Below are positions 39,491 to 52,516 of a DNA stretch of 64,000 bases, piece by piece. The DNA comes from Octopus sinensis (lineage: Eukaryota): assembly GCF_006345805.1 (NCBI RefSeq), contig NC_042999.1, positions 64,356,001-64,420,000 of the forward strand, read 5' to 3'. Numbering within the stretch: position 1 is the stretch's first letter; every line of letters starts with the position of its first letter. Both the position numbers and the translations under genes were made by a program. The notes beneath the pieces were generated by a model. It ran no database searches. It saw only the letters and a program-made list of their open reading frames with translations, and was not told the origin of the DNA.

Positions 39491-40075
39491 AAAAAAAATG
39501 AAGATGAACAGATCTAACATCGCTTGATAAAAACTTACACTCTAGCATAAGTATACTTTCCTCATTATTCGTTAAACAACTCCAATCGAGATACACACAA
39601 CAAGCAAGGTCTTTATTCATAAACAAACTACTGATCATACGCAAGATATGCCACTTTTTAAATTGTAAAATATTTAATAATAGAACGAAACAAACACGGC
39701 GAAGTTTCAGATCTGCACGCGACTTAATTTAGATTTTCTCCGACTTGATGGAGATTTTTCGAATTCTTTTTTCGCCACGACTTTCGAAAAGAGAGAGTGG
39801 GAGGTGCATCTGTTTATGAAAAATAATTTCTGCAAATTGAAGATCTTTTTCACCTCCACCCCCATCGCTCACTCCTTCAGGCAGATTTTGGCCAATTCTT
39901 TTGGCACAAAAATCCATTTGAAAGGCTTTGATCTTCCTTTCTTTTTCTCTGTTGCTCTTAAGATTTGTCTGTTTAATAGAAGGGAGATAACTCGGAAATT
40001 TCTTATTAGCTCCACGTCCTTGGTTACTATTTTCTTGCAATAAAACGCAAAGTTACTCATTGGTCAAACAAGAGA

Positions 40076-40139
<64 letters not shown>

Positions 40140-40352
40140 CTTTATTCACCATAAGGTTGAGAAAAAGAGGGGACAAAACAAACGTTGGGGTCAGGGTATC
40201 GAATGAGACGAAACATGAATAAACAAACAATTAAAATATATACAATTAAATGAGAATGAGTGATTAACAAAAAATGAAGCGGAGGACGCGGTCGACCCCA
40301 CAAACCACATACTCACACTGAAGACTTGCTTTATCCTTTTTTACATTCTCGA

Positions 40353-43300
40353 TTAAACAGGTTCTTTCACTCGCAACATACTTGCTATAGACTTCCATCT
40401 TTTACGAAACACACTTTGCGACAGGCATTTCTTCTCCAGCCTTATTTTCCGTTTCATGTGGAAAACGAAAAAGTCGATTAGCTCGAGACTGGAGATAAAC
40501 ATGCCTGTTGCAATTCCTTTTACTCTCGTCTTCCACACTACTTCTTTCGCCATAGCAACTACCGAAAGAAAACAGGCTCGCTCCTCCCTATTCAGGAAGG
40601 TCGTCGGAATTATATTAATTACAGATTCGCTCGACAGTTGTACTCTTCTCGAATGCGACAGCAGGTGTTCGACATAAGTCCAGAGTTCAGTCACCTTGGG
40701 GCATTGCACAATCGCGTGCAGGACAGTTTCACTGTCCCTCTTACATCTTGCACAAACCGGCGAAGGTGCACACCCATGTCTAAAGAGCTTATCTCGAACC
40801 GGTAAAGCTCCTCTGTAACATTGCCAGGCCAGGGACTTTTGGTAATTATCCATAGGCCCCGGACCGAATGTTCTTTGGAACAGGCTGGCCAGTTGATTTT
40901 CGTCGAAGCCCAGAGTTTCTCCTAGTACGTCGTCACACTTAAACTCTACTAACCCTCTATAGAAGAAAGCGGTAGTAGCCCCGCCACCGGCGTTGCCCGA
41001 CTGGGAGAGAAGCACGAGTGCCTGATAGCACTCTGCATGCCACATGCCCAACCTCGGTCTACACTTGATCCATGGGTTCAGTTCGTTAAACGATGTGAAC
41101 TGTGGAAATAACAGCTTGACAAACGGAGACCACACCTGCTCACCGTCCAGGTAAATCCAGAGGTGCCTAAGCCTGAGCGCATGTCTGCGCATTTTTAGCC
41201 ACGGCATCCCTAACCCACCGTTCAGCGGCTTTTGGCAGCAAATAGAGCGCCTTACAAGAGGTCTGCTGCCCCTCCACAAAAAGCGAAAGAGCATGCGTTC
41301 CAGTTTGTTCAGCCACGAATCGGGGCAAGGCACTACGGTTAGGCGGTAAGTGATTACAGAGGCGATAAACAGTTCTGCAACCTCCGCCCTCACTTTCAAG
41401 GACAGTTTCCGCTCAGACCATGTCTGAGTTAGGAGAGCCACCTTTCTCGCCACCTCGCTCCAGTTCTTCTCTATCTGGAGATCTGGACCTAACCAGATCC
41501 CAAGCATTTTCACCGGTCCTTCCGTCCAACGTCCTACGACGCTGTCGGAAGACATCGACTTGCCCCTCCAGGTGCCGAGTTGCAAGCCGACCGATTTATC
41601 TCGGTTGACTTTCGCTCCTGCCACCGCTTCGTAGTCCCTTAAGGCCTCACCCACCCACTGTAGGTGCTCGACTCGGGAAACGATGACGGTGATGTCGTCC
41701 GCATACGCCGAAGCTGACTTTCCGCACCCTAGATCTTGCGGGGTGCCTCTCATAGTTTCCAACCTCCTCAGCAACGGCTCGAGGGCCAAAACGTAGAGAA
41801 GCGGGGAGAGAGGACACCCTTGACGTACCGAACGTTCAATGCTGAACGGCTCCGAAAGGAAACCATTTACCCGAACTACCGATTCGATGTTGCTGTATAA
41901 AGCGATGATCCATCCGCGGAAGGTCGGGCCGAAGCCAGCCGCCGCGAGGACCGCCCGCCAGATACTGATGGTCCACCCTATCAAACGCTTTCGATTGGTC
42001 CAAGTGGACCATAGCCCCACCCTTGCCAGGAATCCTATTTACCCTTTCTAAGGCATAGCGTAGAAAGTGGAGATTGTCGTGGATGGTCCTTCCAGGGATG
42101 GCGCAAGTTTGCGCCTCGCCAACAAGTTCACCCACGACCCTCGCCAACCTTTTTGCTAAGACCTTGGCCAAGATCTTCAACTCTGCGTTAAGCAGAGTGA
42201 TAGGCCGGAAATTATCAATTAAATCCCCCTTGTTTGGGTCCTTTCTTAACAGCGCTACCACCCCTCGGCTCACAGACTTAGGAATTCTCCCGTTCTGCTG
42301 CCAGTTGGTGTACACGCATGCAAGTAGGTGCCCAAACAAGTCTGGCATGCTACTATAGAGTTCGTAAGGCAACCATCGAGTCCCGGCGATTTGTCCCCGC
42401 CGCAGTCTGCCAACATATCCTCGACTTCTTTGGCTGTGATCGGCGCCTCACAAGATTCCGCGTCCGGCCTCGATAGACGCGGCGAACCGGCTAGGAAGTC
42501 TGCGAGCTTCTCCCCGCGCTCCAGCCCCCGCCGTCCTCCCGAATAGCTGGGCGAAATGATCATGAAACACCTTGCACATCTCCTCGGGTTCGTTTACTAA
42601 TCGACCATTTGGGCCCGTCAAGGATCGAATGGTTGAGTTGTTGCCACGTTGGCCCTCTACCACCCGGGCCCATCCGGCTGCGTTGATCCCTTCCTGTCTC
42701 ATTGCACGGATCTTAGCCCTGACAATGCACTCTTCATGTTTAGCTTTGAGATGTTGGTCTAGTGCTAACCTCGCCGCTAACACTTTCGATGCACTGCCTG
42801 ACCTCATTGCCTCCTCTATTGCCTTAACTAGTTCCTTTTCTACTTTGTTTCTAGCACTAGCTAGTTCTTTGCTAAACCTAATTGACTCAAATTTGATGGC
42901 TCTTTTCAGGGCGTACCACCATTTATTGTTGATAATGGATCCGGTTAACGCCCTCATTACTAATTGTTTAATCCGATTCCTGTAGGCTTCACAGTCCAAT
43001 AGTGACTTGTTTAGCTTCCAGTAGCCGGTACCTAGTCTACACATGCTATCTATGTCGAGCGTACAGGTCACTAATTTGTGATCGCTGTAGCTGACGATAT
43101 GGTGTTGTGGACAGCTAAGTATTTTCTTATCTTTCCTTCTAGTTATGATTCTATCGATATAAGATCTGGACGACCCGTCGTTTCTTGCCCAGGTCTACGC
43201 TGGAGTGTCTGGATGGTCCAGTCTGAATCTATCTGCCAATTCGAAACGACTTAGCATATCGTTGAGGTGAGGTAATCCCCTCGTATTCTTTCTTGAGCCA

Positions 43301-43770
43301 ACATAATCTACGCTTGCATCGCAAATTATGTTGAAGTCACCTAGCAATACTAACGTGTTCGACGTGCCAAGAAAATTCTCTAGGCTTTTGAAATACTCTT
43401 TCTGCCCGGCTTTTCCTTCGCAGGGAGCATAGACAGCGACCAGCCTGAACACTTTACCACTGCTGTGCGTCACATCCAAAACGACCAACCTGCCTTCCGG
43501 ATCTATAAAGACAGTTCTAATCTCTAAATCCAGGTTTTTCCTGACCAGCACTGCCACTCCTCCTCCCCCTCCAGGTCGACAGGGAGAAATGTATTTCTCG
43601 TAGCCGTTTAGAAGGGGCGAAAAAGCCTGCAGTCCACTCAGTCTGGATTCGGTAATTACCACTACATCCAAACGATGCGACCTAAGGTCGTTAAGGAGGT
43701 AGCCTTGCTTCCAATACGACCCCAGGCCGCGAGTATTTATACAACCGAGTTTAAACGAGAAAGTGAAAAT
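40353..43770 (-). pseudogene. Tx1 ORF2 (APE endonuclease + reverse transcriptase); one nonsense codon at 43195 and about three frameshifts (near 42560, 42370, 42020)
   Basis: Motifs CINTRGL, VITES, LGDFN, YIDRI, SDH, YWKLN, KSPGLDG, FRPITLLN, SKAFDRV, VRQGCPLSP, AYADD. Confidence 0.93.
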
Positions 43771-44071
43771 TTAGTCGAATGTTTAAAACTTACTGTTTTA
43801 ACAGAAGAGAGGGTGTAGTTTCACCCTCCTCTTTTCTGTCTGTGAGTGTTGCGAGGTCAGTTTTTTTGCGAATTGCTTGTACAGATGGCTTGAAAAGTTC
43901 ATCTGTAACGCGCCTACGTCCTCCGCAAAAGATTTTTTAATTTCAAAATAATCCGCGTTATCTATCGTATAAAATTCTACATTTTCGGATATAATACTAT
44001 TTATATCTGTTGCGATATATTTTTTCGCCGATTTCAGTAAATTAATTTTTTCCCTTAATAGGTTATTGTTT

Positions 44072-45517
44072 TTATTTATCGCCGTGAATGTGTTTCTTTT
44101 TTGTTTTGTTAGGTGATTGTGGAGGGGGCTGTGTGTGTGTGTTTGTGGGTGTGTGTGTGCTTGTAGAAGCGTGGGTGTTTGTAGGTGTGTGCGTACTTGT
44201 GGTAGGTGTGTGAGTGATTGTGTGTGCTTTTTCCAGTGTGTGTGATTTTTTGGCTACGTGTGTGTTTGCGACTGTATTTGTGGGTGTGGGTGTGCTTGTC
44301 TGTGTCAGAGTATAGTCCTGTGTATCCGAAGAGGGTGGATTTTTCCGTTTCCGTCTTCTTTTTGAAGCTTCCACGTTGACCCACTCCTGGATGTTGTTGT
44401 TGTTGTCATCGTTGTTGTCGTTGTTTTCTCCCGTTGTCGGCTGAATTTCGGCAATTGGGGTGCGCGACGTGGCTGCTATTTCTAGCGGTGAAGTTGTTTT
44501 CGGCGTCGTGCTTGCCTCTGTAGTATTTTCTTTCGCTGTCTTCTTGCAGCTCGACCTTATGTGGCCTTTCTCGCCACATTTATAGCACCTCGGTTTTCTT
44601 CCCTCGACTATTACCATCAAGGTGGTATTATCTCCAATGGTGAGGGAGCTTGGCAATTTTTCCAAGTTCGAGGGGTTCGCTTGGATCACAAGCTCTAAGT
44701 CCTATCCATACCAGGTTGTGGGGCGATATCTTTTAGACTGAAGAATGGCAATTTCTTCCTCTTTGCCTAAGAGAATCGCTGCTGTTATGACATCCACATA
44801 TATTTCGGGCGGAATGTCCGTAACCGTTATTCTGCTAGTTCTCATTCCTAAATAAAATGGTAAAAGAACTACCTCTTCTGACTTCAACGTTCTTGTTGAA
44901 TGTTCCCTAGCTATTTCTTCGCTAGGGAAACGCACCTCTACCGTGCCGAAGCGACTACCCCTTGTTATAAATGTAGTTTGTTGCCATATCGGCCTCAAAC
45001 ATTTTTCAATGGCTTCTCTCTGTACGAAGTCAATTTTCTTATTTTTGACATTATACGTCTTGTATATGACAGTTTTTCTCTCCGTCGGGTAAATCAATTC
45101 CCTGGGAGGGAACAACTTCACATTATCACCTTCTTTTTTTAGTAGTCCTTGGTATTTCTTTAATTCTTCCTTGTTGATGACTATATTTTCACAGGGGCGA
45201 GTTGCTGCACTCGCAAAATTTATTTTTGCCTTTTCTTGTCGTTTACTAACTTCGCCAGACATATTGTCGTCTGCTTTTGTAACGCTCGCGTGAGACGACT
45301 CTTTACTTCTACCTTCCTCCTCCCGCATTTTCGCCTTCATGCCTTCAAACAAATTTTCAACGTTTTCCTCCGACTCGGAGGAGACTGGTTGCAAATTCAT
45401 GTCTTTTCGTCTCTTCCCCCTTGAAACAAGGGGGAAAGAACAGCAAAACTCTGCTGCAACAGCAGAAAAGAAGTGGCCTCGACGACCAAAACAGCAAATC
45501 TTCAAACTTTTCAGCAC
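44072..45517 (-). pseudogene. Tx1 ORF1 (gag-like, CYKCGEKGHIRSSC knuckle) with one in-frame TAG at 44702-44704
   Basis: ORFs 44702..45517 and 44072..44689 share a frame. Contains a CX2CX4HX4C motif. Confidence 0.88.
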
Positions 45518-45561
45518 AAAAACAACCCTTCACTGCGGAGCAAAGAATAACACGACCGATA

Positions 45562-45635
<74 letters not shown>

Positions 45636-46268
45636 TTAGAGGACAAACGGAATAGGAGTGGGTGGAAGTCAGACACGCTGAAGGCAGGCTAACAGCATTC
45701 AAAGGTTTTCTTCTGAAGATATGGATATTTTAATCAAAATAAAACTGCAAATTTGTATCGTAAATTATATACAGTCAATCAAATTCACGTACACACACAG
45801 ACACGCGCGCGCATACACAAATAGACACCTCATATACATACATACCCACACAAATATATATATATATATCATCACAATCAAGGAACGGCCATAATAGGCC
45901 ATTCACCCACTAGAAATAACAGCCAAAGCTTCAACCGCAAATAAACATCAATTCCGTAAACCAGGAGAAAATTAAAAAACATTTACCCTGTAATTTCTTA
46001 TACGATGCACCGTTTCATCTACTGTTTAATGGTAAACTAACCTGATTAAATTAAATCAAGCCAATCTTCCATAGGCCCTTAGAATCATCAGTAAGAAATA
46101 GCCAAGTCGGAACAGATATTTTCACGAGGCATTTCCGACCCTGCCTCGGCAATATCTGACCTAAAATTTTCAAATCATCGCACTCGCGCCAAATTTATCG
46201 GCAGCAAATAAATATAAGCCGCCGATTCCATTACGGAATTAACCAGAAAATTCATTGATTAATATTGA

Positions 46269-46313
<45 letters not shown>

Positions 46314-46384
46314 GAATTATTAAACATGTTTGTTTTCAGTATAATATCGTTCTCATATATATAGATGTTATGTTATTTGACCGA

Positions 46385-46393
46385 GAATATATT

Positions 46394-46479
<86 letters not shown>

Positions 46480-46481
46480 TA

Positions 46482-46525
<44 letters not shown>

Positions 46526-46551
46526 GCACACATACACACACACACGCACAC

Positions 46552-46596
<45 letters not shown>
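46385..46596. repeat. Long compound (TA)n/(CA)n microsatellite; many similar tracts occur throughout the window
   Basis: Seen directly. Confidence 0.95.
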
Positions 46597-46689
46597 CGCG
46601 CGAGGACCTAGAAATACCTGGTATGGTGCCCAGGCGCGCAGAAAGCCTACTAGGGTGGATCAGACCCTTTAGTGTTGACTGTCATAACT

Positions 46690-46995
46690 GATCTAGGAGA
46701 CGGAACACTCTTACAAGAAAATCCTGCGATCGTTTTATCATCTGACGTGTGGCACACCGTGCACCTGTACAGACCATGTTAATTCAATGGAGAGAGTGTG
46801 CTTTGTTCAGCACAAGCAATGACCACTTTAAACAAGGCAAAGTGCCGGTTGTTCAGTCAACCATTTTCACTCAATAACACCTGAGGTTTGGCGCATAGAT
46901 GTGTAATTTTTTGTTTGTTTGCAAGTGTACTATTTGCGAGAAAGTGTGCAAGACATCTGCTGGATTGAAGGTACACATGCGGTGTCACAAAGCTT
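46690..46995 (+). mobile_element. Degenerate RTE-like 3' end with a terminal C2H2 finger (CTICEKVCKTSAGLKVHMRCH)
   Basis: C-x2-C-x12-H-x3-H read at about 46925-46990, followed by a stop. No splice context seen. Confidence 0.5.
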
Positions 46996-47039
46996 AGGAA
47001 TTGTTGAAGGTTATTTACTGAACTCCCATTCATCGTCTT

Positions 47040-48190
47040 CGATGAGAGACGAACTCTATAACTGGTTGAAGTCCTTTATTTTCAGCCGAAAAGAGGTTGT
47101 CACAGTTCTAGGACAGTACTCTTCGCCCTATGATATGACATCTGGTGTACCACAGGGATCTGTTCTTGGCCCCCTTTTATTTGTTGCATATGTTAATGAC
47201 ATAGATGCCAACTTAAAGAATGCCACAGTGCTGAAATATGCAGATGACATCAAGCTGTACCTCGAAATAAAGAGGTCAAATCCTGTACACTATAGATCTC
47301 TATTGTAAGCAGACCTGGACACAATGCAGCAGTGGATCATGGACTGGCAACTCAAGCTGGCTGTGGACAAATGTACCATGCATTTTGGGAGGAGAAACCC
47401 TGCGTCCACCTACTCCCTCCACAACACTAGTCTCAAAAAGTCTTCATGTGAACGTGACCTGGGTGTTATCGTCGACAGTGATTTGCGTTGGACAAAACAC
47501 ATCGCTAAAATTGTCAAGAAGGCTGAGGGTGTCTTGGCATCACTCACCAAATCCTTTGTGAGCCGCTCTCCGGCTATCTATCTGCGGCTTTATATAGCTA
47601 TGGTAAGACCTCACCTGGAATTTGCATCACCGGTCTGGAACCCCTATCTTGCCCAGGATATCAATCGTCTGGAAGCTGTTCAGCGACGTGCAACCAAAAG
47701 AATACCCTCCATCAGGCATTTGCCATATCCTGAACGCCTTACTTCCCTGGGCATGGACACATTGAAACTCCGACGTCTGGCAGCTGACTTGGCAGACACC
47801 CATAAAATTATCAACCATCGTAGAAACAATAACTCTGAGCACCTTTTCAAACTCCACCCATCTAACACCCGTGGACATATTTACAAAGTAAGAAAACAGC
47901 ACAGCTCCCATGACTTCAGGAAACATTTTTTCACGCTGAGAGTTGCTGAAGCATGGAACAAACTGCCGGCATCAGTTGTTAGTTGTCGGAGCACTGCATC
48001 CTTCAAAACTTCCATGCTTCCTGAGATTCGCCAACACTACACTTGATTTTCTCCCCTCCATACACACACAAGCATGTACCTGACTCATACATTGTTCGCT
48101 TTCCAGACATTTCTACATTACTGCATGTACTTTATATGCACTTTCTGACAAGTTGTGGTGCATCTGAGCACTGTATACAATAATTTCATT
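47040..48190 (+). mobile_element. CR1-clade LINE, 5'-truncated RT with one in-frame stop at 47306
   Basis: SGVPQGSVLGPLLF, KYADD, RDLGVIVDSDL, VRPHLEF...VWNP, LEAVQRRATK. Confidence 0.92.
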
Positions 48191-48206
48191 ATATCATTAT
48201 AATCCA

Positions 48207-48240
<34 letters not shown>

Positions 48241-48242
<2 letters not shown>

Positions 48243-48971
48243 TGGATTCTCTCATCGAAGACGATGAATGAGGGTTCAGTAAATAATCTTCCTCCTCCTC
48301 TCCCCTCCTTCCTTTCCCCCTCTCACCCTCCCCTTCCCTCTCCTCTCCTTCTTTCTTACCCCCCTTACCCCCTCATCTCATCTCCTCTCTCCCCTCTCCC
48401 CCTCATCTCCTCTCTCCCCTTCCCCTCATCTCTCTTCCCTCCTCCACTCCTCCCTCTCTCTTCTCTCCCCCTTTCACTCTCCCCACAACCCCCACTCTAC
48501 CCCAACCCCAGCCGAACCCACACCCCACTTGGCTTTCCCCACCTCCCACCACACTACACTATACGACACTACACTACACCATACGACATTACACATCACA
48601 TCATACATACATACACACGTCCAGACCTTTCATACGCACATACATACTCTCTCATACACACACGCACCCTTTTGTTGGGGCGAGGTCATTTGACCTTGTT
48701 TATTTCCCCTACTATCCCTCTTGCGTCTAACGTCTGATCTCTGACTTCTGGCCGAAATCAGACCGCCATGTTAAGTCGTTAGCTCCTGTACGCATTTTTT
48801 CTCTCTCCTTGTTTCTCTCCGTGTTTCTTTTCTGTGTATCTTTCTGTTGAAGAGCGTAGGCTCGAAACGTAAAAGACTTGTTTTATTTCTATTCCTGAGC
48901 GCCATACTAATACAATTGTTTGTTTGTACTCCACCTGCCTTCGTCTTTTGTTTATTTTCGTAAGCTTCCCG

Positions 48972-48972
<1 letters not shown>
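48241..48972 (+). mobile_element. Penelope-like non-autonomous piece between (TA)n tracts, with a hammerhead-like core
   Basis: (TA)n on both sides. CTGTTGA-A-GAG/CTC-GAAAC-GTA at 48844-48871. Confidence 0.45.
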
Positions 48973-49030
<58 letters not shown>

Positions 49031-51229
49031 ATTATATATATGTATATATGAGGGAGAATTCACAAAAAGGAACAAAAGACGAAATACAAGTGAAATTAGA
49101 GAAGGCCAGATTTAAAAGGAAAAATAAAAAAAAGGGAAGGAAATTGAAAAGGGCAGGTTCAGAATAGAAATGAATGACTGCTTGGGAATGATTGTAATAA
49201 GAAAGAACATTATATATAAATGAGCATACATAGGTGCAATGAGCAACCACTTCAAAAAATGATCCAGGAACCAAGGTGCATCATTTACCAGTAACTGCAA
49301 GAGTCAGTATATATATATAAAATGTTAGTCTTGTCAAGTGAGCAATATATTTTGCCGCTGAGTTTGTATAAAAACAAAGCTATTAAACCTTTACTTTCAC
49401 CAGTTAACTTTTAAAATCTGATCCACACGAGTCTTCATTACCTATATCGAGATAGGCAATCTTTTTCGACAAGTGGGCCGCATTACTAAAAAATAAATAA
49501 AATAAAATTCAAGAACTGATCTATATGGGTAAAAAATTTCTATTAACTGATCTGATCAAAGTTATTTCCCCTTGCTTGTTGCTTAAACAAAAAAAAAAAA
49601 AAGACTTTAAAATATCACCGAAGAATGTGTTGACTACCTATTGTATAGATCATCTCAGTTGCCCAAGATTTTCATCGAAAGCTGTTACTTTTATTTGTTT
49701 GATAAGAAATAAGAACAAAGACATGTGTGACAAACACTAATAATTAATTAAATTACAACAATATTACAACAAATATGGAACAAAGAATAATTAAGAGAAT
49801 TATAAATGACTGGATATTATTCTCAGATATTGTTGTTTTATACTATATTCCATTGTTATTTTTAATATCAATGTTTCTTAATGATTTTTAACAGTTTATT
49901 CGATTTGTTGTTTCATTGGTACGATCGGTAGAGCGTCGGAGCGAACTGTTTGGTAGTATTCAGATACTTTCCTTTTAAGTTTTAGGTTCAATTCTCGCTG
50001 ACGCCGACTTTGCAGTTCGTCTGTTTGGTTTTGAGCCCCTTCATTGAGTAAACCTATGATTAAAGCATGCAATCTTTTTTCTCAGCGAGTGGGGGGACAA
50101 GAGATATCTAGGATTAGGGTATGCAGTGTATTCTTTATTGTTTAGAGCAGTAGGGTTTGATCTGAGGAAGAATTTGAATGCTATCTTTAAAAGGCTGAGT
50201 AATCACATGGATGCTCCCTTATTGTACAGAGGACAGAATAATGGATTGAGTTCAAACTGTTTTTTCTTAAAAAATTATTATTAACTAATATGAATACCCA
50301 TCCCGCCGAGGTGGATTCTGCTTTTTACCCTTCTTGAAGTTCATTAACAAAAAGTATTAGTAATAAATATACCCCGTTCGATTCAGTCGACTGTTTTCTT
50401 CTTCTCTTAAAACTTGTGTAGCCTTGTACATGTTCGAAGCCATTATTATAGTATTTTGTGCATTACCTATAAATATTTAGTTAACGATAAACTTTTCACG
50501 GTCCTTTGTCTTTTATGAAACATTTCCACTTATAAAATAATTGCCACCAAAAACATGACAGCTGCCAAAAATAAATTTTGTCTCTTTGGTGGGGTCTGTT
50601 AGATACATAGTTCTGGAAGTTCAAATTTATAACGGAAAGAACTGGAAGGAATTTTTGATATTTGTGGCTTTTGGTGGTGTTGAGGGAGACGTGGATAACG
50701 TACTTAAAATCAAATGAAGTAAGTGATGGAGCGTTTTCAGCCGGAGAATGAAAACGATATTCATTCTTAGATTTGGCAAACCATTTTCTTACTGTTTATC
50801 TTTGTTCTCGCATTGCCACCGTCATTATATTTGAAGTAAAGATGGTGATTGTCAGAATCGGAAAAAATGCATTTAGGTGTTTAGTTACAATCCTTTACGT
50901 TCTGTGTTCAAATCCAGTCAAGGTTGAATTTGCTTTTCATTCATTCGGGGCCGATAAAATAAGTAGTCGTAAAATATTGGAGTATATTATTATATCTGGT
51001 GCAGCATCTTGCATCCCTTAAATGTGTGGCATTTTGTCAATGTCTGACGAAATCATTAATATTAAAAAGGAGCCCCGTGGAGGATGAAGGAAGTTACGAG
51101 AAGGCACTATTCTCGCCTTGGGTCCATTTAGGACTGTAATACTTTGAAGATAGGTATAAATGCCACCGAATCTCATTTCTCCATTTTTATAAAGCTGCAA
51201 GTGTAGTGTTGAAGGAGAATACTAGATAT

Positions 51230-51576
51230 TTATAAGGAACCACCGGCGTACAGCTTTAACCAAGACGGCATTATCTGTAGATGGTTCCGTTTTGACATAT
51301 AATCTGTTGATAGAGATTTCACATAGTCACTGTAAGGGTAATCTGTTGATACCCAGGGTGTGGAGTAGTTGGCTGGGGGTAGATAAGTGGGTCGCTCTAT
51401 GTAGCTTGTGAAGTGTGATCCAGTTCTGTGTGATTGTAAAGAGTCGTTGCACGGGACGTGTTTCATTGAAGACAGATGTGAAGGTTCGTTCCATACTGGT
51501 GGACTACCGTTGGAGATGGAACTGACTGGAGATTGACACCGTTGCTCATTTGGCATTTGCAAATCAGTTTTCTTCT
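51230..51576 (-). CDS. Homeobox gene terminal coding exon (KKTDLQMPNEQRCQSPVSS...LYAGGSL*)
   Basis: ttcag acceptor (phase 1). Ser/Pro/Tyr-rich open frame of 114 codons plus a TAA stop at 51230-51232. Confidence 0.75.
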
Positions 51577-51618
51577 CTGAAATACACATGAATAGATAAT
51601 AAATAAATAAATAAATAA

Positions 51619-51683
<65 letters not shown>

Positions 51684-52021
51684 TATATTATATATATATG
51701 TATACATACACACACATATACATATATATGTACACACACACACGCACACATATAAAATAAAATTTTAAGGAAAGTTTATATCGTTACAAATTGTTTCAGT
51801 CATAAATTGATTCGATAGATAGATAGAAAGATAGATAGATTGTGGAATGTTTGTACTTGTGTGTGTGTGTGTATTTGTGCGTGTATGTGTATTCATGCAT
51901 ACATACATACATACATACTACATACATACATACATACATACATACATACATACATACATACATACATGTTCACATATACGTACACAATGAGTAGTAATAT
52001 TGCTTTCAGATTTTGGCATAC

Positions 52022-52165
52022 TGATATATTGATGTTTGATGTTCTGCCTCAGGTGACGTGATGGAACAGACATAAGGTCAAAAGCCGTACTCATTCCAGC
52101 TTTTTCAAGACAGTGTATCAATGAGGCAGGTTGTGCTATCGAGTGGAGCTCCTGTTTTACAATTC
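52022..52165 (-). CDS. Homeobox gene internal exon (GIVKQELHSIAQPASLIHCLEKAGMSTAFDLMSVPSRHLRQNIKHQYI)
   Basis: tatag acceptor, 144 nt, phase 1/1, GTATGC donor, open frame. The donor was chosen for phase compatibility. Confidence 0.65.
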
Positions 52166-52446
52166 CTATATATGTATGAATGAAAATGACAAGAGAAGGA
52201 TACATTATGTACGGTGTACTTTCATTTTCACTTTTATTTATTTATTTTTTTTACCGGCAAGTTAGTTCGAGATAAATTTGACTATTCGTTCTGGAATGAA
52301 AAAGCTAAAGTTACCTCCCCTAACATTTCCAGAAAAACAAAAATCCTGAGTTATATCCCCTGATACCAGGATTCTTCCCTTAAGACTTCAGTTAACTGTA
52401 CGTGCGCAAACGCAGACCAGCCCGCGGACACGTAAACGCAGACATA

Positions 52447-52500
<54 letters not shown>

Positions 52501-52516
52501 TGTGTGTATGTGTATA

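Larger units (their letters stand above)
40135..45561 (-). mobile_element. Near full-length Tx1/L1-clade non-LTR retrotransposon (about 5.4 kb) flanked on both sides by (TC)n
   Basis: Contains ORF1 with a CCHC knuckle, ORF2 with APE endonuclease, RT (YADD) and a C-terminal Cys region, and a 3'UTR ending AATAAAGAAATAC. Confidence 0.95.

Noticed and set aside
46925-46995. C2H2 finger as an exon of a host zinc-finger gene
   Set aside because: It is a single finger followed by a stop, with no splice signals; it fits an RTE-type LINE C-terminus better.
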